Numbered from the stretch's first letter, positions 19,901 through 28,052 are shown. The stretch is DNA of 64,000 nt from Clostridia bacterium (GCA_017447445.1 JAFSNK010000035.1:29781-93780); one strand, 5' to 3'. The notes: generated by a model not told the origin, from the sequence alone. Made by a program: numbers and translations.

Positions 19901-22900
19901 CCGGAAAGCGAGGCGGTGCGCGTGATGTGCGCCGTGCCTCCCGTCCCGGTGAAGCCGTCGTCCGCGGTCTTTAGCTTGATAGCGGTGCCCTGCGGGATCT
20001 CCACCCTGTCCGCGTACGGCATAAGGTAATCCGTGAGCATTTCGATATCCGTCTGATCGGGAGCGAAGTATTCGTTCACGTAATCGACTGCGCTCTGCAT
20101 CGTGTAGAAGATGCGCTCGGTGCCGTTGTCGTTTACCTTGCACAGCCGTTTCGGGCTGTTTATAAGCTCCAGCTTCGTTTCCGCGTCGAGCGCAAGCGTT
20201 ACGCTCCTGTTGTCGAAAACAGTTAAATTGCTTGTCGTCGAGCCGACTATCCGGCCCGCCCTCACTGCGAGATCGTAGTTTTCGTTGCCGGATTCGGTAA
20301 CGGTGTAGGTCCCTCTTAAAAGACCTTTTATGCGTATATGCGCGCCGTCGCGCACGGTAATCTCGATCCTGCCGGGCGCGGAGCCGGACGCGGGCACGGC
20401 GTAAACGTAGGAATCGCCGGTGCCTTCCGCCGCGTAGGAGACGTGCTTAATACTGTCGGAAACCAGCGTGACCGTGAATTCGTTATCGGTGAACAGCCGG
20501 TTCGCGCCGCTTTGGGTGGTGTTGACGGTTTTGACTATCTGCAGGTCGTAGCCGCGTTCGGTATAGACCGCGTAAACGGTGGGAGAAACCGAAAGCAGCA
20601 GATCCTTCCAAACGGTCCCGTCGAAGCTGTACTGCAGTGTGGTGTTTGATACCCGGAACCGCAGTTCCAGCCCGTCCGCGACGTCGAGAAGCGAAAGATC
20701 GTCTATCCCTCCGGCGCCGACCGCGAGTTTGGTATAGGAAAGGTACCTTTCGAACACGCCCTCGTCGAGTATCGGGGGCATACGGAAGGCGTTGCCTTTC
20801 TGGCTTAAAGTCAAGCCGGAAAGCGGGATCTCGAAGCGTTCGTCCTGCTCCACCGTCTTGCCGTTCATGGATATCGGAGAATGGCTGTACGTCAGCGAGT
20901 CGCTTTCGCGGATGATGCCGTCCGTGCCGGGCAGACAGCCCTTGATATCGGTGAGCACGCCGCTTTCGTTTTCCAGAACGTAGCGTATCTTCGGCATTGT
21001 ATAATAGATGTAGTAGATCTGGTCGCTTCCGAGCTCGCCGAGCGTATCGCCGTTTTCGTCTTTAAGTACGAGCTCGTATATATTGCCGTTTGTCTGCTGA
21101 TATGAGACCGAAACGATGCCGAGCTCCCTTACCGATACGGCTGCGTTATCCGCCCCGTTGCCGTAGAGCGCGGCGCCGAAGGCATAGATCGAAGCGTCGC
21201 CGTTGAAAACTCCCGCGGCGGGAAGCTTTGCCGTGAGCACGGCGCTTTCGCCCAGCGCGAGCGAGAAGCGGTAGTCGGCGGGATCGGCGCTGCGTCTGCC
21301 GTCCCTGCGTACGACGCCGCCGGTGACTCCGTCGTCCTCAACGAGCGCGACGTGAACTTCGACTTCTGTCGCCTTGTGAGTGTTGGTGAAGGTGACGTTG
21401 CGCACGTCGCCGAGCGCGCTCGAGGTATATTCGAATTCATACGAAGCAACGCCGTCGGCTTCGGTGGTGAACGCGTCGTTCGCCGCCTGCACTATACGCG
21501 CGATCTGCGTGGATTCGACGGTAACTACTGTCAAAACGCGCACGTTGGCGGAAATATTATCCGCCGTCTCGGTCTCGGTCTTGCTGTAGAAGAGGATCGC
21601 CGAACGCGCTTCGCCGTTCTTAAGAGTATATTGCGTGTATTCCGGCATGGAGGGAACGAAAACGTCGTTTTCCGCCGTGTCGGTGGTTACGGTGGGTTCC
21701 CCGTCGTTCACCCATTCCCCGGCGATGAGCTTCTGATCGCGGACCGTAGTGGTGGTCGTGACGGTTTCTTTTACTGTGAGGTCGTAAGTGAACGGTGTGT
21801 TCATCACGGCGGAGGTGCCCACCGTGGATTCATAGAACATAACTACGCAGGGCAGTTTTTCGAAATAGATCACGTACAACTGCGGATCGTAGCCGCAGTC
21901 GATGGGGTCCGCGCCGCCGGAGGTCCTGAACCGGAAGCCGCGCCAGGTGTTCTCGACAGTAAGGTACGGGCGGTCGGAATCGGAATCCGAGGACGAGGTT
22001 ATAAGCACCATACCGGAAGCGTTAGTCGCCCCGGGGGCGCCTATGGCGAACGCGTAATAAGGAGTATCGGCGCTGCCGTACCACGCGAGCGGATCGGTGA
22101 TCCCCGCGGCGGCGTCATAGCCGCCTATTCGCCCGTTCGTGCTGTTCGGCGCGGACGCGGAGACGGCTGCGTCTTCCAGCGCGCCGGAGGGCAGCATTTT
22201 TTTGTATACGACGGAAAGCTCTTTCAGTTCGTAGAAAACAAAGTATATTTCGTAGGGTTCTTCTATCGCGGAGCGTCTGCCGTCGGCGTATTCGGCGTAC
22301 AGATGCTTTTCGGACTGATCGTAATACGCCGAAACGATCTTTTCGGATTCGGAGATAAGCTGAATATCCGTGCCCATCTTATGCGCGGCGGCAAAAGCGA
22401 ACGCGTAATCGGCGGGCGCGGGGATGTTTGTGAGATCGACCGGGTCGGCGGTGACAAGCAGCTTGTCCGCCGTCCAGCCGGACCTTTCGGAAAGCACGGC
22501 GGAAGAAGCGTCGATCGCGTGGACCGGGACCTCCACCGGGCCCGCCCAGCGGGCGTAAAGGTCGAGATCCGCCGTTACGGGGGAGGAAAAATCGTATGCC
22601 GGGCTGGTTTCGGTCTGTGCCGGGACCGGAGTTTCGGTCCAGAAATAGAACATCGTATCCGCAAGCGGAGAAACCGGTATCGCGGCGGGCTCCTCGACTG
22701 TGTTGCCGAAGTACACCTGAACGGAATATACGTCGTTTGCCGAGTCGTAGCCGCTTTCGGTCCAGGAGGCGCCGGGAACGCCGAGATGGAACCTCACCTC
22801 CGCCTTCCATACCGCGTAAAGCCGCAGCGGCTCTTTTCTGTCGACGCCGCAGTCGCCGCCGAGCTGATACAAAGTATCGCCGGGACGGTAGACGGGTTTT

Positions 22901-25797
22901 TCGCTCCACCCCGCGAGGGTATATACGACTCCGCCTTTCGCGCAGACGAAGCCGGAGCCGTCGCTGAGCCGTATCTTGGAGTTATTTACGAGCCCGGACA
23001 CGGTCGCCGTGCCGTTTTCGCCGTCGCAGGTACCGGTAAGCGCGACGGGGTTGTTCATACTGTCGAACATATAGCCGAAGTCCACCGCGCCGGAGACCGT
23101 GCCGCCGTTTGCGTCGTAAATGACCGAAGCGGTGCCGACGCGGGCGTATACCGCGTCGAGATAGACTATATTCTTTCCGCTGACGTGTTCTGAGTCGTCC
23201 GCCTGCAGAGTGAACTGCTCGCCGGGCGTGAACAGACGCCCGCCGGTCCCGCGGACCTGCCAGCCGACAAAGGTATATCCGGCGGGCGCGGCGGCGGATT
23301 CGGAAACGACTATGCTTGCGTAATCGCAGAACGCGTTTTCGGAAACGGTTTCACCGGCGCCGCTTTCGAGCGCGCCCGCCCCCGCGTTGTAGGCGAGGTA
23401 ATACACGCCCGTCTTCTTCCAGTGCAGACGCAGCGTGGTGTAGTGCGTGGTGTGTTCGCCGAACTTGAACAGAGTTTCGGTCCCGTCGGGATTGACTTCG
23501 TACCATCCGATGTAGGTATACGTACCGGGAGAATACTCGAAAGTCTTGTTCTCGGTGTCTTCTTTAATGTCCTGCGAGTAGTAGGTGTATCTGTCTTTGC
23601 CGTTGTACGCGCGGTCGTGTTTAACGTAGAACCAGGTGCCGGAGCTGGATTCCACGAAATCGCGCGTGGTGTGCGTGTATTCGCCGATCGGTTCGCCTTC
23701 GTAGCTGGACCAGAACCAGGTGGAGCCGGTGCCGACGAGCTTGTGCGAATCGTCGTATTCATACAGCGCGCCGTAGTTCGGGTCTATCGTAACGATATAC
23801 CATTCGGTCTGCCATCCTGCGTAGACCGTAAGGTCGCAGTCGGGCATCCGGTCGAGATCGAATTCCACGGTGCAGTCTTTATCGAGATACCATTTATCGA
23901 ATTCATAGCCGATCCTGCCCGATTTGGGAGCCGCGGGTATCCTGCCGGATAAGTCGTCCCCGAATTTAAGCCCGGAGACGTCGACGGGAAGATCGTCGCT
24001 CCTGTCGTCGGCGGAATCGTCGAAGGTAAGCACGTATTCCGCGTCGGGGTCGGGAGTATAGTCGGCGTTTTTATCGTAATATACGTTGAGCACGGTCTCA
24101 CCGCCGACATCGACGGTCTTCGCTCCGTCGCAGCGGGAATAGGTATATCCGGCGATGACTCTTTCCTTGAATTCGTTGGGAACCGAAACTTCGGCGCCCA
24201 CCGCCGCGCGGAACGAGGCGCTTTCGACGAAGAGATAATCCCCCGCCTTGCCCGCCGGGTTCTGCCTGTAAACGGCGACGCGGTAATCGGCTTCGGTATT
24301 GTCCGCCCATTTCGCGTAAAGCGTGACGTCCGAACGGAGATAAAGCTTACCGTCCGAAACGTACGCGCCGCCGTCGTCCGCGCCGACGAGCAGGTTGCCG
24401 TCGGGATCGGTGATGGCGCTGCCGTAGCTGACTTCATCGGACATGGTCCCGGCGTACCAGCCGAGGAACACTTTGCCTTTCATTGAAGTAACGGGCAGCG
24501 GCGAAGCTATATAATCGCCCTTGAAGCATTTTGCCGGAGAGACGTAATCCGCGCCAGAGCCGGCGGCGGCGGCGTAGTATGTCAGTCTGCGGACCTGCTT
24601 GAATATCGGGTAAAGGTGAGTTTCCCCGGAAACGGGTATGCAGCCGTTCTCGTCCGGGGTTATGACGTAGGAATTATGCTCGGCGTCCTCGTAAACGCCG
24701 GGAGTCTTGACCTGTGTGAACGACCAGCCGAAGAACGCCATATTCTCGCCGCCGCGCTTGGAATAGGCGGCAGCGGCGTCGCTGATCCTGATGTCGGCGG
24801 AGGTCCCGCTTCCGGAGGGGATGACGCGGCGGACTATCGCGACCGGGAATGAATCCGTGTCCTCGTCGTACTGGTCGTGGAAATAAACGTATATGAAATC
24901 CGCGAACACCGCGTAGAGGTCTATTGCGCTGTCCTCGGTTATGACCGCGTTTTTGAAATCGTAAGGTTCGCTTTCCAGAACGATATCGCCGGTATCGGAA
25001 TAGCTGCCCTGATACCATCCGGCAAACGCCTTGCCGCCGTAGGAAGTGAGGTTCGGGACAACGAGTTCGTCGGTGCTTTTGACTGTCTGCTTGAAGAAAA
25101 CGTTTCCGTTGTCGTCGGTAAAGCCGTATTCGTTATAGCCGACGTCGCCCATAACGTAGAACGTGTAGGTGCAACGCGGCGCGGCGGGCACGCCGCCTTC
25201 GCCGACGAGAACGTAGACGGAGAAGCCGGAAGCTTCGAATTCAACGGCTCCGCCGTTTAACGAGGAATCCACAACGTCCGGGCGTTCGCCGTTCGCGCCG
25301 CCGAAATGGACGACGCGGAGGTATTCGAACGAACCGAGGTCGCTGTTGAGTATCTCTATACTGACGTTCACGCCGCGTTCGGGCTGATATTCGGTTCCGG
25401 TGACCGGATCGGAAAGGGTTATGTCGAAAACCCGGGCGATGCCGAAGCTGTTCGCGTTTTCGCCGAGCACGCTCGCGCTTTTGCTTATGTAATCGCCGTA
25501 GGAGAGCCCGCCTTCGTTTCCGGCGGAAAGGTCCTCCGCGGAGATGCCGTATTCATCGTAGACCGAGGTATCCTCTTTCTCTATCTCCTTCACGCCGAGC
25601 ACGGCGTTCTCCGGGATGCCGGAGGCGTCGTTATAAGAGACGGTGATACGGTAGGTATTCCCGTCCGACGCTGAAAGAGTATAGGACCGCGTCCCCGCCG
25701 AAGCGGCGAATTCGAGAATATTCCCGTAGCCCGCCGTGAGAACGCAGAAAATACATATTACAGAAAGCAATCGTCTTAGTTTAGTCATTGGATACAT
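10960..25797 (-). CDS. Giant secreted adhesin-like protein (4,945 aa): Sec signal peptide, Listeria-Bacteroides (Flg_new) repeats, four beta-helix modules rich in GGA[IV]Y PMP-type repeats, Cna-B/SpaA-like stalk domains, no recognisable anchor
   Basis: One uninterrupted ORF. The N-terminus KLRRLLSVICIFCVLTAGYG is signal-like. xGW[YS] repeats (FAGWYQGSY, FLGWYAG, FDKWYL, YIGWYEV, FVGWQV) map to about 22540-25035. Dozens of GGAIY/GGAVY/GGGIY/GGGVY motifs map to about 12000-20000. The C-terminal AGAEFTLF...PTGIYFMRETEAPDGY and KGAEFNVL...YGKYYLQETLAPSGY segments are Cna-B-like. The true start may be Met4 (25788). Confidence 0.85.
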   Translation of the reverse strand: MYPMTKLRRLLSVICIFCVLTAGYGNILEFAASAGTRSYTLSASDGNTYRITVSYNDASGIPENAVLGVKEIEKEDTSVYDEYGISAEDLSAGNEGGLSYGDYISKSASVLGENANSFGIARVFDITLSDPVTGTEYQPERGVNVSIEILNSDLGSFEYLRVVHFGGANGERPDVVDSSLNGGAVEFEASGFSVYVLVGEGGVPAAPRCTYTFYVMGDVGYNEYGFTDDNGNVFFKQTVKSTDELVVPNLTSYGGKAFAGWYQGSYSDTGDIVLESEPYDFKNAVITEDSAIDLYAVFADFIYVYFHDQYDEDTDSFPVAIVRRVIPSGSGTSADIRISDAAAAYSKRGGENMAFFGWSFTQVKTPGVYEDAEHNSYVITPDENGCIPVSGETHLYPIFKQVRRLTYYAAAAGSGADYVSPAKCFKGDYIASPLPVTSMKGKVFLGWYAGTMSDEVSYGSAITDPDGNLLVGADDGGAYVSDGKLYLRSDVTLYAKWADNTEADYRVAVYRQNPAGKAGDYLFVESASFRAAVGAEVSVPNEFKERVIAGYTYSRCDGAKTVDVGGETVLNVYYDKNADYTPDPDAEYVLTFDDSADDRSDDLPVDVSGLKFGDDLSGRIPAAPKSGRIGYEFDKWYLDKDCTVEFDLDRMPDCDLTVYAGWQTEWYIVTIDPNYGALYEYDDSHKLVGTGSTWFWSSYEGEPIGEYTHTTRDFVESSSGTWFYVKHDRAYNGKDRYTYYSQDIKEDTENKTFEYSPGTYTYIGWYEVNPDGTETLFKFGEHTTHYTTLRLHWKKTGVYYLAYNAGAGALESGAGETVSENAFCDYASIVVSESAAAPAGYTFVGWQVRGTGGRLFTPGEQFTLQADDSEHVSGKNIVYLDAVYARVGTASVIYDANGGTVSGAVDFGYMFDSMNNPVALTGTCDGENGTATVSGLVNNSKIRLSDGSGFVCAKGGVVYTLAGWSEKPVYRPGDTLYQLGGDCGVDRKEPLRLYAVWKAEVRFHLGVPGASWTESGYDSANDVYSVQVYFGNTVEEPAAIPVSPLADTMFYFWTETPVPAQTETSPAYDFSSPVTADLDLYARWAGPVEVPVHAIDASSAVLSERSGWTADKLLVTADPVDLTNIPAPADYAFAFAAAHKMGTDIQLISESEKIVSAYYDQSEKHLYAEYADGRRSAIEEPYEIYFVFYELKELSVVYKKMLPSGALEDAAVSASAPNSTNGRIGGYDAAAGITDPLAWYGSADTPYYAFAIGAPGATNASGMVLITSSSDSDSDRPYLTVENTWRGFRFRTSGGADPIDCGYDPQLYVIYFEKLPCVVMFYESTVGTSAVMNTPFTYDLTVKETVTTTTTVRDQKLIAGEWVNDGEPTVTTDTAENDVFVPSMPEYTQYTLKNGEARSAILFYSKTETETADNISANVRVLTVVTVESTQIARIVQAANDAFTTEADGVASYEFEYTSSALGDVRNVTFTNTHKATEVEVHVALVEDDGVTGGVVRRDGRRSADPADYRFSLALGESAVLTAKLPAAGVFNGDASIYAFGAALYGNGADNAAVSVRELGIVSVSYQQTNGNIYELVLKDENGDTLGELGSDQIYYIYYTMPKIRYVLENESGVLTDIKGCLPGTDGIIRESDSLTYSHSPISMNGKTVEQDERFEIPLSGLTLSQKGNAFRMPPILDEGVFERYLSYTKLAVGAGGIDDLSLLDVADGLELRFRVSNTTLQYSFDGTVWKDLLLSVSPTVYAVYTERGYDLQIVKTVNTTQSGANRLFTDNEFTVTLVSDSIKHVSYAAEGTGDSYVYAVPASGSAPGRIEITVRDGAHIRIKGLLRGTYTVTESGNENYDLAVRAGRIVGSTTSNLTVFDNRSVTLALDAETKLELINSPKRLCKVNDNGTERIFYTMQSAVDYVNEYFAPDQTDIEMLTDYLMPYADRVEIPQGTAIKLKTADDGFTGTGGTAHITRTASLSGAAMIDNKGTLIIDGVVIDGAEISASAPLVKNTGNLTVAEGAALINAVNIGNGGAISASSGNVTVDSGSIRNNTAANGGAIYFSGNGRITVKGNGSFSANSALSGNGGAICASAGSVVLSEFSEMRGNTAANGSGGAIYMENGTAEIKDTASVSANSANKGGAICVNRGAVSTSGSPSLVGNTASGSDGGAIWIGTGSVNMEGGAGEGNKALSGNGGFVYAENATVTVSGTTSVVNANKAGSGAAIYAGTGAVNFSNGSAANNESTSGAGGAIYAGSGDVNVTEASFTSNRSVSDKGGAVYAANGNVYISGGSMGSNTAGADGGAVYAGSGSVSADDSSEFINNTASAGKGGAVCALSGSVDITNSKLENNTAGTDGGAVYADKGTVTFTNVAAGGSSKGNTAGQNGGAVYAGSGNLTVSGGSMLSNSASAGSGGAIYAGAGVISISSTAFTENSALSGFGGAVYLNSGNLTLASVTASGNQAVNGAAVYNNVGRATLSSGSYTNNTATSGGAVGVGSKDARLMFDGGVQVKNNKLGGSTCNVYLDQDDDAVINIDSLSGSASIGIYVPDGIVSERSVPGARFAIYTNNSNVSKIVNDRFASLYVQSDTNAKKLYWGNSVKVEVRYQESFAELPPSASYTSKYTNTNYFPEFNDGAVSELASELYTKYSGSMNLTSSAVYGCAFVEGASGYGDYITKLVWDSDVSAWMTEKRDGTRSPLAGKKIIIYYSEPAYIAIENNTDKELDISDIKVNGLSVINNAVNAGFGTVFAKNGAIRSALLPITADDLKLAEGDSVNLLIPGGRNMAYTLDGSFVNGADGESIRLRKTGESEGAAALGAGGGFAQISGTTLNSSSTYKIIFGDDKRICKVVDASGVEHPYSLISSAIDAIKNGDITLAAEKTAVIEMLTDYLLPIGDVVSIPQGYNITITTAAKSGVTYKYSGEGDRAIISRDSDNGLSMINAENALVSNAVVTTLTVKNLIFDGKSVKGSSDGGGIAAKYTNVYIDNVDFKNVYASNGGALLIMFSAKDKNNKVTLPGTVLEVRNSNFTGCTSTTTETSNRLGGGALVTNAETMTLENCVFENCTAVDQAGAVFHRVDGNYNSWTNIKNCVFRNCNADAAGGLELDSKTILVEGTTFEHCYAKKRNGGGFNVWALNSGTSSADCWVTVIGCTFNDCQLTGTASNGGYGGGFRSTSVYTTVKDCTFSNSSAAYGGGFSLSNGNAKMCEIYGTTFNRCNANKQGGGVYSKALTMVIDNYTYGAGEAPASVSAGKYIRNAENNIIGRQTEITNCYAKNEGGGLFCEKDNSNSSLTITGAVITGNTSNSNGVNGGGVYANMMQKVTITGATIENNSCKGAGGGLYCYVKNTSKPSLKIIDSSISFNVSGYNYNGNGGGVFYNGSTDDVRKNMSLTVNGSSINGNTANNGSGGGVYTLAKTVEISDHTYTDESGAEKVKHSSVSDNTAKNNGGGIYHDRPISGSQMTVTNAKIKGNKVTASGQTGGGIYTNAWTAALTGSNISENTAAGNGGGVWCSGKDSVPANMMLNVKSCTFNRNTSGGSGGGIYTNVKTLYVGVSEGENPSGTVISNCTAQSNGGGICHNCELTGDAKAEATFTVESSTMENCRASGSSSLGGGLYSNVGLVSLENTAVRGNESSGSGGGIYHNYDGTTELKLNACTVTGNTASNLGGGVATKAHLHIWNDTMIRDNRLASSSAENAAGVYLINNRQLLVGSKGATEPDSSSVTDNSTAAGASSNVRLWWDNSGAKNNVKSVYVWCALNGSILVVNADKVGTQFGSSYVSKPASGFSDNDAVFRADNSTLYGIIDRTDEDGMKIIWAGPPVARITGVDDQGNEVKLYMNAAHTEEAIFDKLDNSGSETPDNISAFGVLRKTDLQLYTSGGTLYTGTHYCVKMLVENFVSEKSIKAIYTDKVQSITLTTADPADPRRESGKWTRATIARGNGVGDHSMLDVRTNIQVENIILDGTVGTPKGYTRIVNIEAEGKTVTLGQNALLQNATTTANGAGVYVNKGTLRISGGTINNCVAGMNGGGIYLLENKPNSIVFTAGTVSRCTAQAGNGGGIYAGNNFYMEGGSVTRCSAVSGGGIFIRESKSLHMSGGSVTNNDATDAGGGIAFGSSTSGLLLSKRVVVSGNRCAASTAAGNICNVELNYDSSSVIKTENGGIYSGSYIGVYVPDGALLYDEHGVEKKPFGGFASGDNVNNFYCFVNDRNGLKGGIIENPAPNTIYWIQIFSLTVSKTVESGSSVVPDPNEVFSFTVVITGDASSPGQKSAYEIDSSTGDYGEMFFESNGIDKTVARFTLKNGESITGINLSKGLTYEVMENLTADQQKKYAALTNVYSGTIGENSGRTDVDPYVSEVAAVNILPVCKITKNDGSLLYRKYTSGGKDYYVPAVYTDLTGSEGAFEALRGKLYTSAGTNPTTHSVSANGAQIQMLIGEYLLGEAVSLPQATTGNVGITLTTASLGADLFPYQGSGAAKITRWFDGGSMFTLSGTLKLNNIVLQGAKENRAANTDGGLVYVASGGKLTVSGGAELVNSKTSEKGGAIYTASGGRVTLYDGKIANNESDKDGAGIYLASGSVLEMSGNPSFGGKGTGADGRILDTNINKRTDRFVKKNGGKMYNYAHQDIFLQETGDSPASILITGDLTCGEGTIWVWAESEKHYLMMKPFAKINGGITLGAESYTVFRNAQTDDLTLCGDSGYLSGSTGSDASYIYWTGGFNVGFDKIDGFGAKLAGAEFTLFVDKTCLNPYRQSGRSVVAASSDGTLRSSSGATLPEGAVLFENIPTGIYFMRETEAPDGYSLSNRRYLVIVGKTYLENSVFLAEYGLTLADVSAQTSGGALDSAVFLLDGESGMAATSPDIAKRGVINDSSAKRMVIFRKVNIANESLKGAEFNVLRADMSVVAESCVSGDTGVFYIGTLPYGKYYLQETLAPSGYTATWFEVSVDGSGVRAKRIPGDPRND

Positions 25798-25860
25798 TTC
25801 CTCGCGTGAATACAGTTATGTTCGTTCTGCGGACGTTCGGTCCGCCGTGATCTTGAAAAA

Positions 25861-28038
25861 TTATCTGTTGATTATCCTTACTTCGGGTGCGGGCCAGTCG
25901 CCGTAATGCGAAGCGACGAAATCGCCGCTTTCAAGGTCCGCGCCGAGCTGCCCGACGGTGATAAGCGCGTATCCGCCGCGGTAATACTGCACCAGCGCGC
26001 CGTCGTAAGCGGAAGCGGGCATACGGACCGCGGTGAGGTAGGCGTTGAATCCCGCGCTGTCGGCGTCGAACGGAACGATATCCTTTGCGCTGCCGGACGG
26101 AGCCGCGGGCAGATAGGTCTTGCCGTCCGCGCCGGAATCACGCTCGTTCACGATCTGGTAATAGCGGCACTTGTCGCCGAAGACCGTGGTCTCGCCGGGG
26201 ACGGCGGCGAAAGCGCCTTCGGCTTCGCTGCCCTCGACTTTACCCGCGGCGTAGCAATTGTCGATGCTGCCGCCGCTTGTGACCGCGGCGATACCGCCCG
26301 CGTTTTTGCCTTTCGCGGAGCAGGTGGAATAGCTTTCGGAAAGCGTCATCCCGTAGGCGGCGCCGACAAGCCCGCCCGCGTTTGCGGCGGAAGTGACGTT
26401 GTATCCGTCGGCGCTGAACGCGCCGTTTACGGTGTGTCCGCCGGAGAAGCAGGCGATAACGCCGCCGTCTTTGACGTAGCCGATAAGCCCGCCCGCGTTG
26501 TCGCCCGTGGAGACGACTGTGAGCGCCGCCGCGCTTTTGGTGACCGTGCTGCGTTCGGCGCTGCCGATAAGGCCGCCCGCGCTGCCCGAAGCGGTGATAT
26601 TCGCCGCGGCAGAGCCGGTGCTGTTGTAAGCCACGACGTTAGTGACCGTCGCGCCGTCCGCGTCCCCTGCGAGAGCGCCGGCGTTGCTTCCGGAAATCGT
26701 GAAGTCGATAAGCTTAAGGTTCTTCACCGTGTCGCCGGTAAGCGAGCCGAACATACCCGAGGCGGCGCCGGGACGGTCCGCCGAGACCGCCGAGACCGCG
26801 TGACGCTGTCCGTCGTATTCAAGCACGTAATCGGTGTTCACCGGGTAGTATTTTTTATCGGTAAGCGGACCGGAACGGTCGTAAACGCTTCTGTCCTCCC
26901 AGCCGGACCAGGAAATATCGGTGGTCTGGAGCGCCTTCACGCTGCCGTCGGACCGGTTGTGTTTAAGCTCCGTATTCGAAACGTTGAGTTCGGAAACGGT
27001 CCTGTCGAGATTTTCCAGATGGCGGATATTCGAAATATGCGCGGAAGCTTTGTCCGAATCGTTATAGGCGAACAGACTGTTCGTCGTCTGCTTCGTGCTG
27101 TACGCGACGTTCGTGAGCTCGCTGTTGTTGTAAGAGACCGCCTGAACGGTTATATCCTCGCCGGGGATGAACCCGTTCGGACCGAGCAGCTCCGAAAAGT
27201 GCTTTCCGCTTTGGGTGATATCGTCGAGCGTGAGGGTGAAAACGTAATTGTCGTCGGAATTCCTGTAAACGTCGGAATTCGAATAGAATTCGGTCGCGGA
27301 GCTGCTTGAAAGCGGGATCTCGCGCCGGCTTTTGCTTGTGACTCCGGTAATTATAAGCTTTATGCGCGCCTTGTCGTTCGCGGAGTTGGTGTCCGTAACC
27401 GTAACGATCAACTTGTCCGCGTTGCTCACGGAGATAAGGGGCGTTTTAAGCTCCGCGCCGCGGGTAAGCCCGGAAGCGTCCGCGCCGCCGTAGTAGCCGA
27501 TAACAGATTTATCGCCCGTATACGTCTTTAACTCGTCCTTGTCGGCGCGTTTTTCCATAAAGGAAGCGTAATCGTCGGCATAAATATGATCGTACCTGCC
27601 GTTTTCCTGCCAGTAGAAGACGTCCAGCACGGTGCCGGAATCCTTGTGATAGCGGATGATATAACATCCGCCGCCGCGCACCGTTTCGTCCACCGCGGCG
27701 AACGGCAGCATAAGGTTGAGCACCGAGTTTTCGTCGTCGACGTCGGAATGCGAGCCGTCTTTAATGAAATAGTATATCCCGGTAAGGTCGCCGTGTTCGT
27801 CCTTTTCCGGCGTGCCGAAATCGCCGCGTCCGAGATACCCCTGGCTTTCCGCCATCGAAAGATGGTTCTGCGCCGCGATGAAAATCTCTTTCGCGCAGCC
27901 GTCGTATTCCAATTTTGTCATGGAACGGAGATAGGCGAATATCGCAACGAAGATAAGCGCGGCAAGCACCGCGATTATCGCCACGACCATAAGCGCCTCC
28001 GCCATGGTAAAGCCGTTTTTGCGTTTGTTGTTATGCAT
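25861..28038 (-). CDS. Large modular (minor) pilin: prepilin-type N-terminus fused to a ~700-aa module with GLUG-motif repeats
   Basis: Class III signal MHNNKRKNG|FTMAEALMVVAIIAVLAALIF. The C-terminal half carries repeated NAGGLIG / SAGGLIG / NAGGLVG / NAGGIAA motifs (about 26250-26720). An alternative TTG start lies at 28056. Confidence 0.8.
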   Translation of the reverse strand: MHNNKRKNGFTMAEALMVVAIIAVLAALIFVAIFAYLRSMTKLEYDGCAKEIFIAAQNHLSMAESQGYLGRGDFGTPEKDEHGDLTGIYYFIKDGSHSDVDDENSVLNLMLPFAAVDETVRGGGCYIIRYHKDSGTVLDVFYWQENGRYDHIYADDYASFMEKRADKDELKTYTGDKSVIGYYGGADASGLTRGAELKTPLISVSNADKLIVTVTDTNSANDKARIKLIITGVTSKSRREIPLSSSSATEFYSNSDVYRNSDDNYVFTLTLDDITQSGKHFSELLGPNGFIPGEDITVQAVSYNNSELTNVAYSTKQTTNSLFAYNDSDKASAHISNIRHLENLDRTVSELNVSNTELKHNRSDGSVKALQTTDISWSGWEDRSVYDRSGPLTDKKYYPVNTDYVLEYDGQRHAVSAVSADRPGAASGMFGSLTGDTVKNLKLIDFTISGSNAGALAGDADGATVTNVVAYNSTGSAAANITASGSAGGLIGSAERSTVTKSAAALTVVSTGDNAGGLIGYVKDGGVIACFSGGHTVNGAFSADGYNVTSAANAGGLVGAAYGMTLSESYSTCSAKGKNAGGIAAVTSGGSIDNCYAAGKVEGSEAEGAFAAVPGETTVFGDKCRYYQIVNERDSGADGKTYLPAAPSGSAKDIVPFDADSAGFNAYLTAVRMPASAYDGALVQYYRGGYALITVGQLGADLESGDFVASHYGDWPAPEVRIINR

Positions 28039-28052
28039 ATCGTCCCACCGTG

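Noticed and set aside
10864-25674. Many plus-strand ORFs of 60-613 aa (for example 21352-23193, 10864-11937, 11977-12915, 16486-17433) inside the giant gene
   Set aside because: All are antisense to one uninterrupted 14.8-kb ORF with coherent domain structure. They are Arg/Gly/Ala-rich translations typical of the reverse frame of GC-rich, Gly/Ala-repeat coding DNA.
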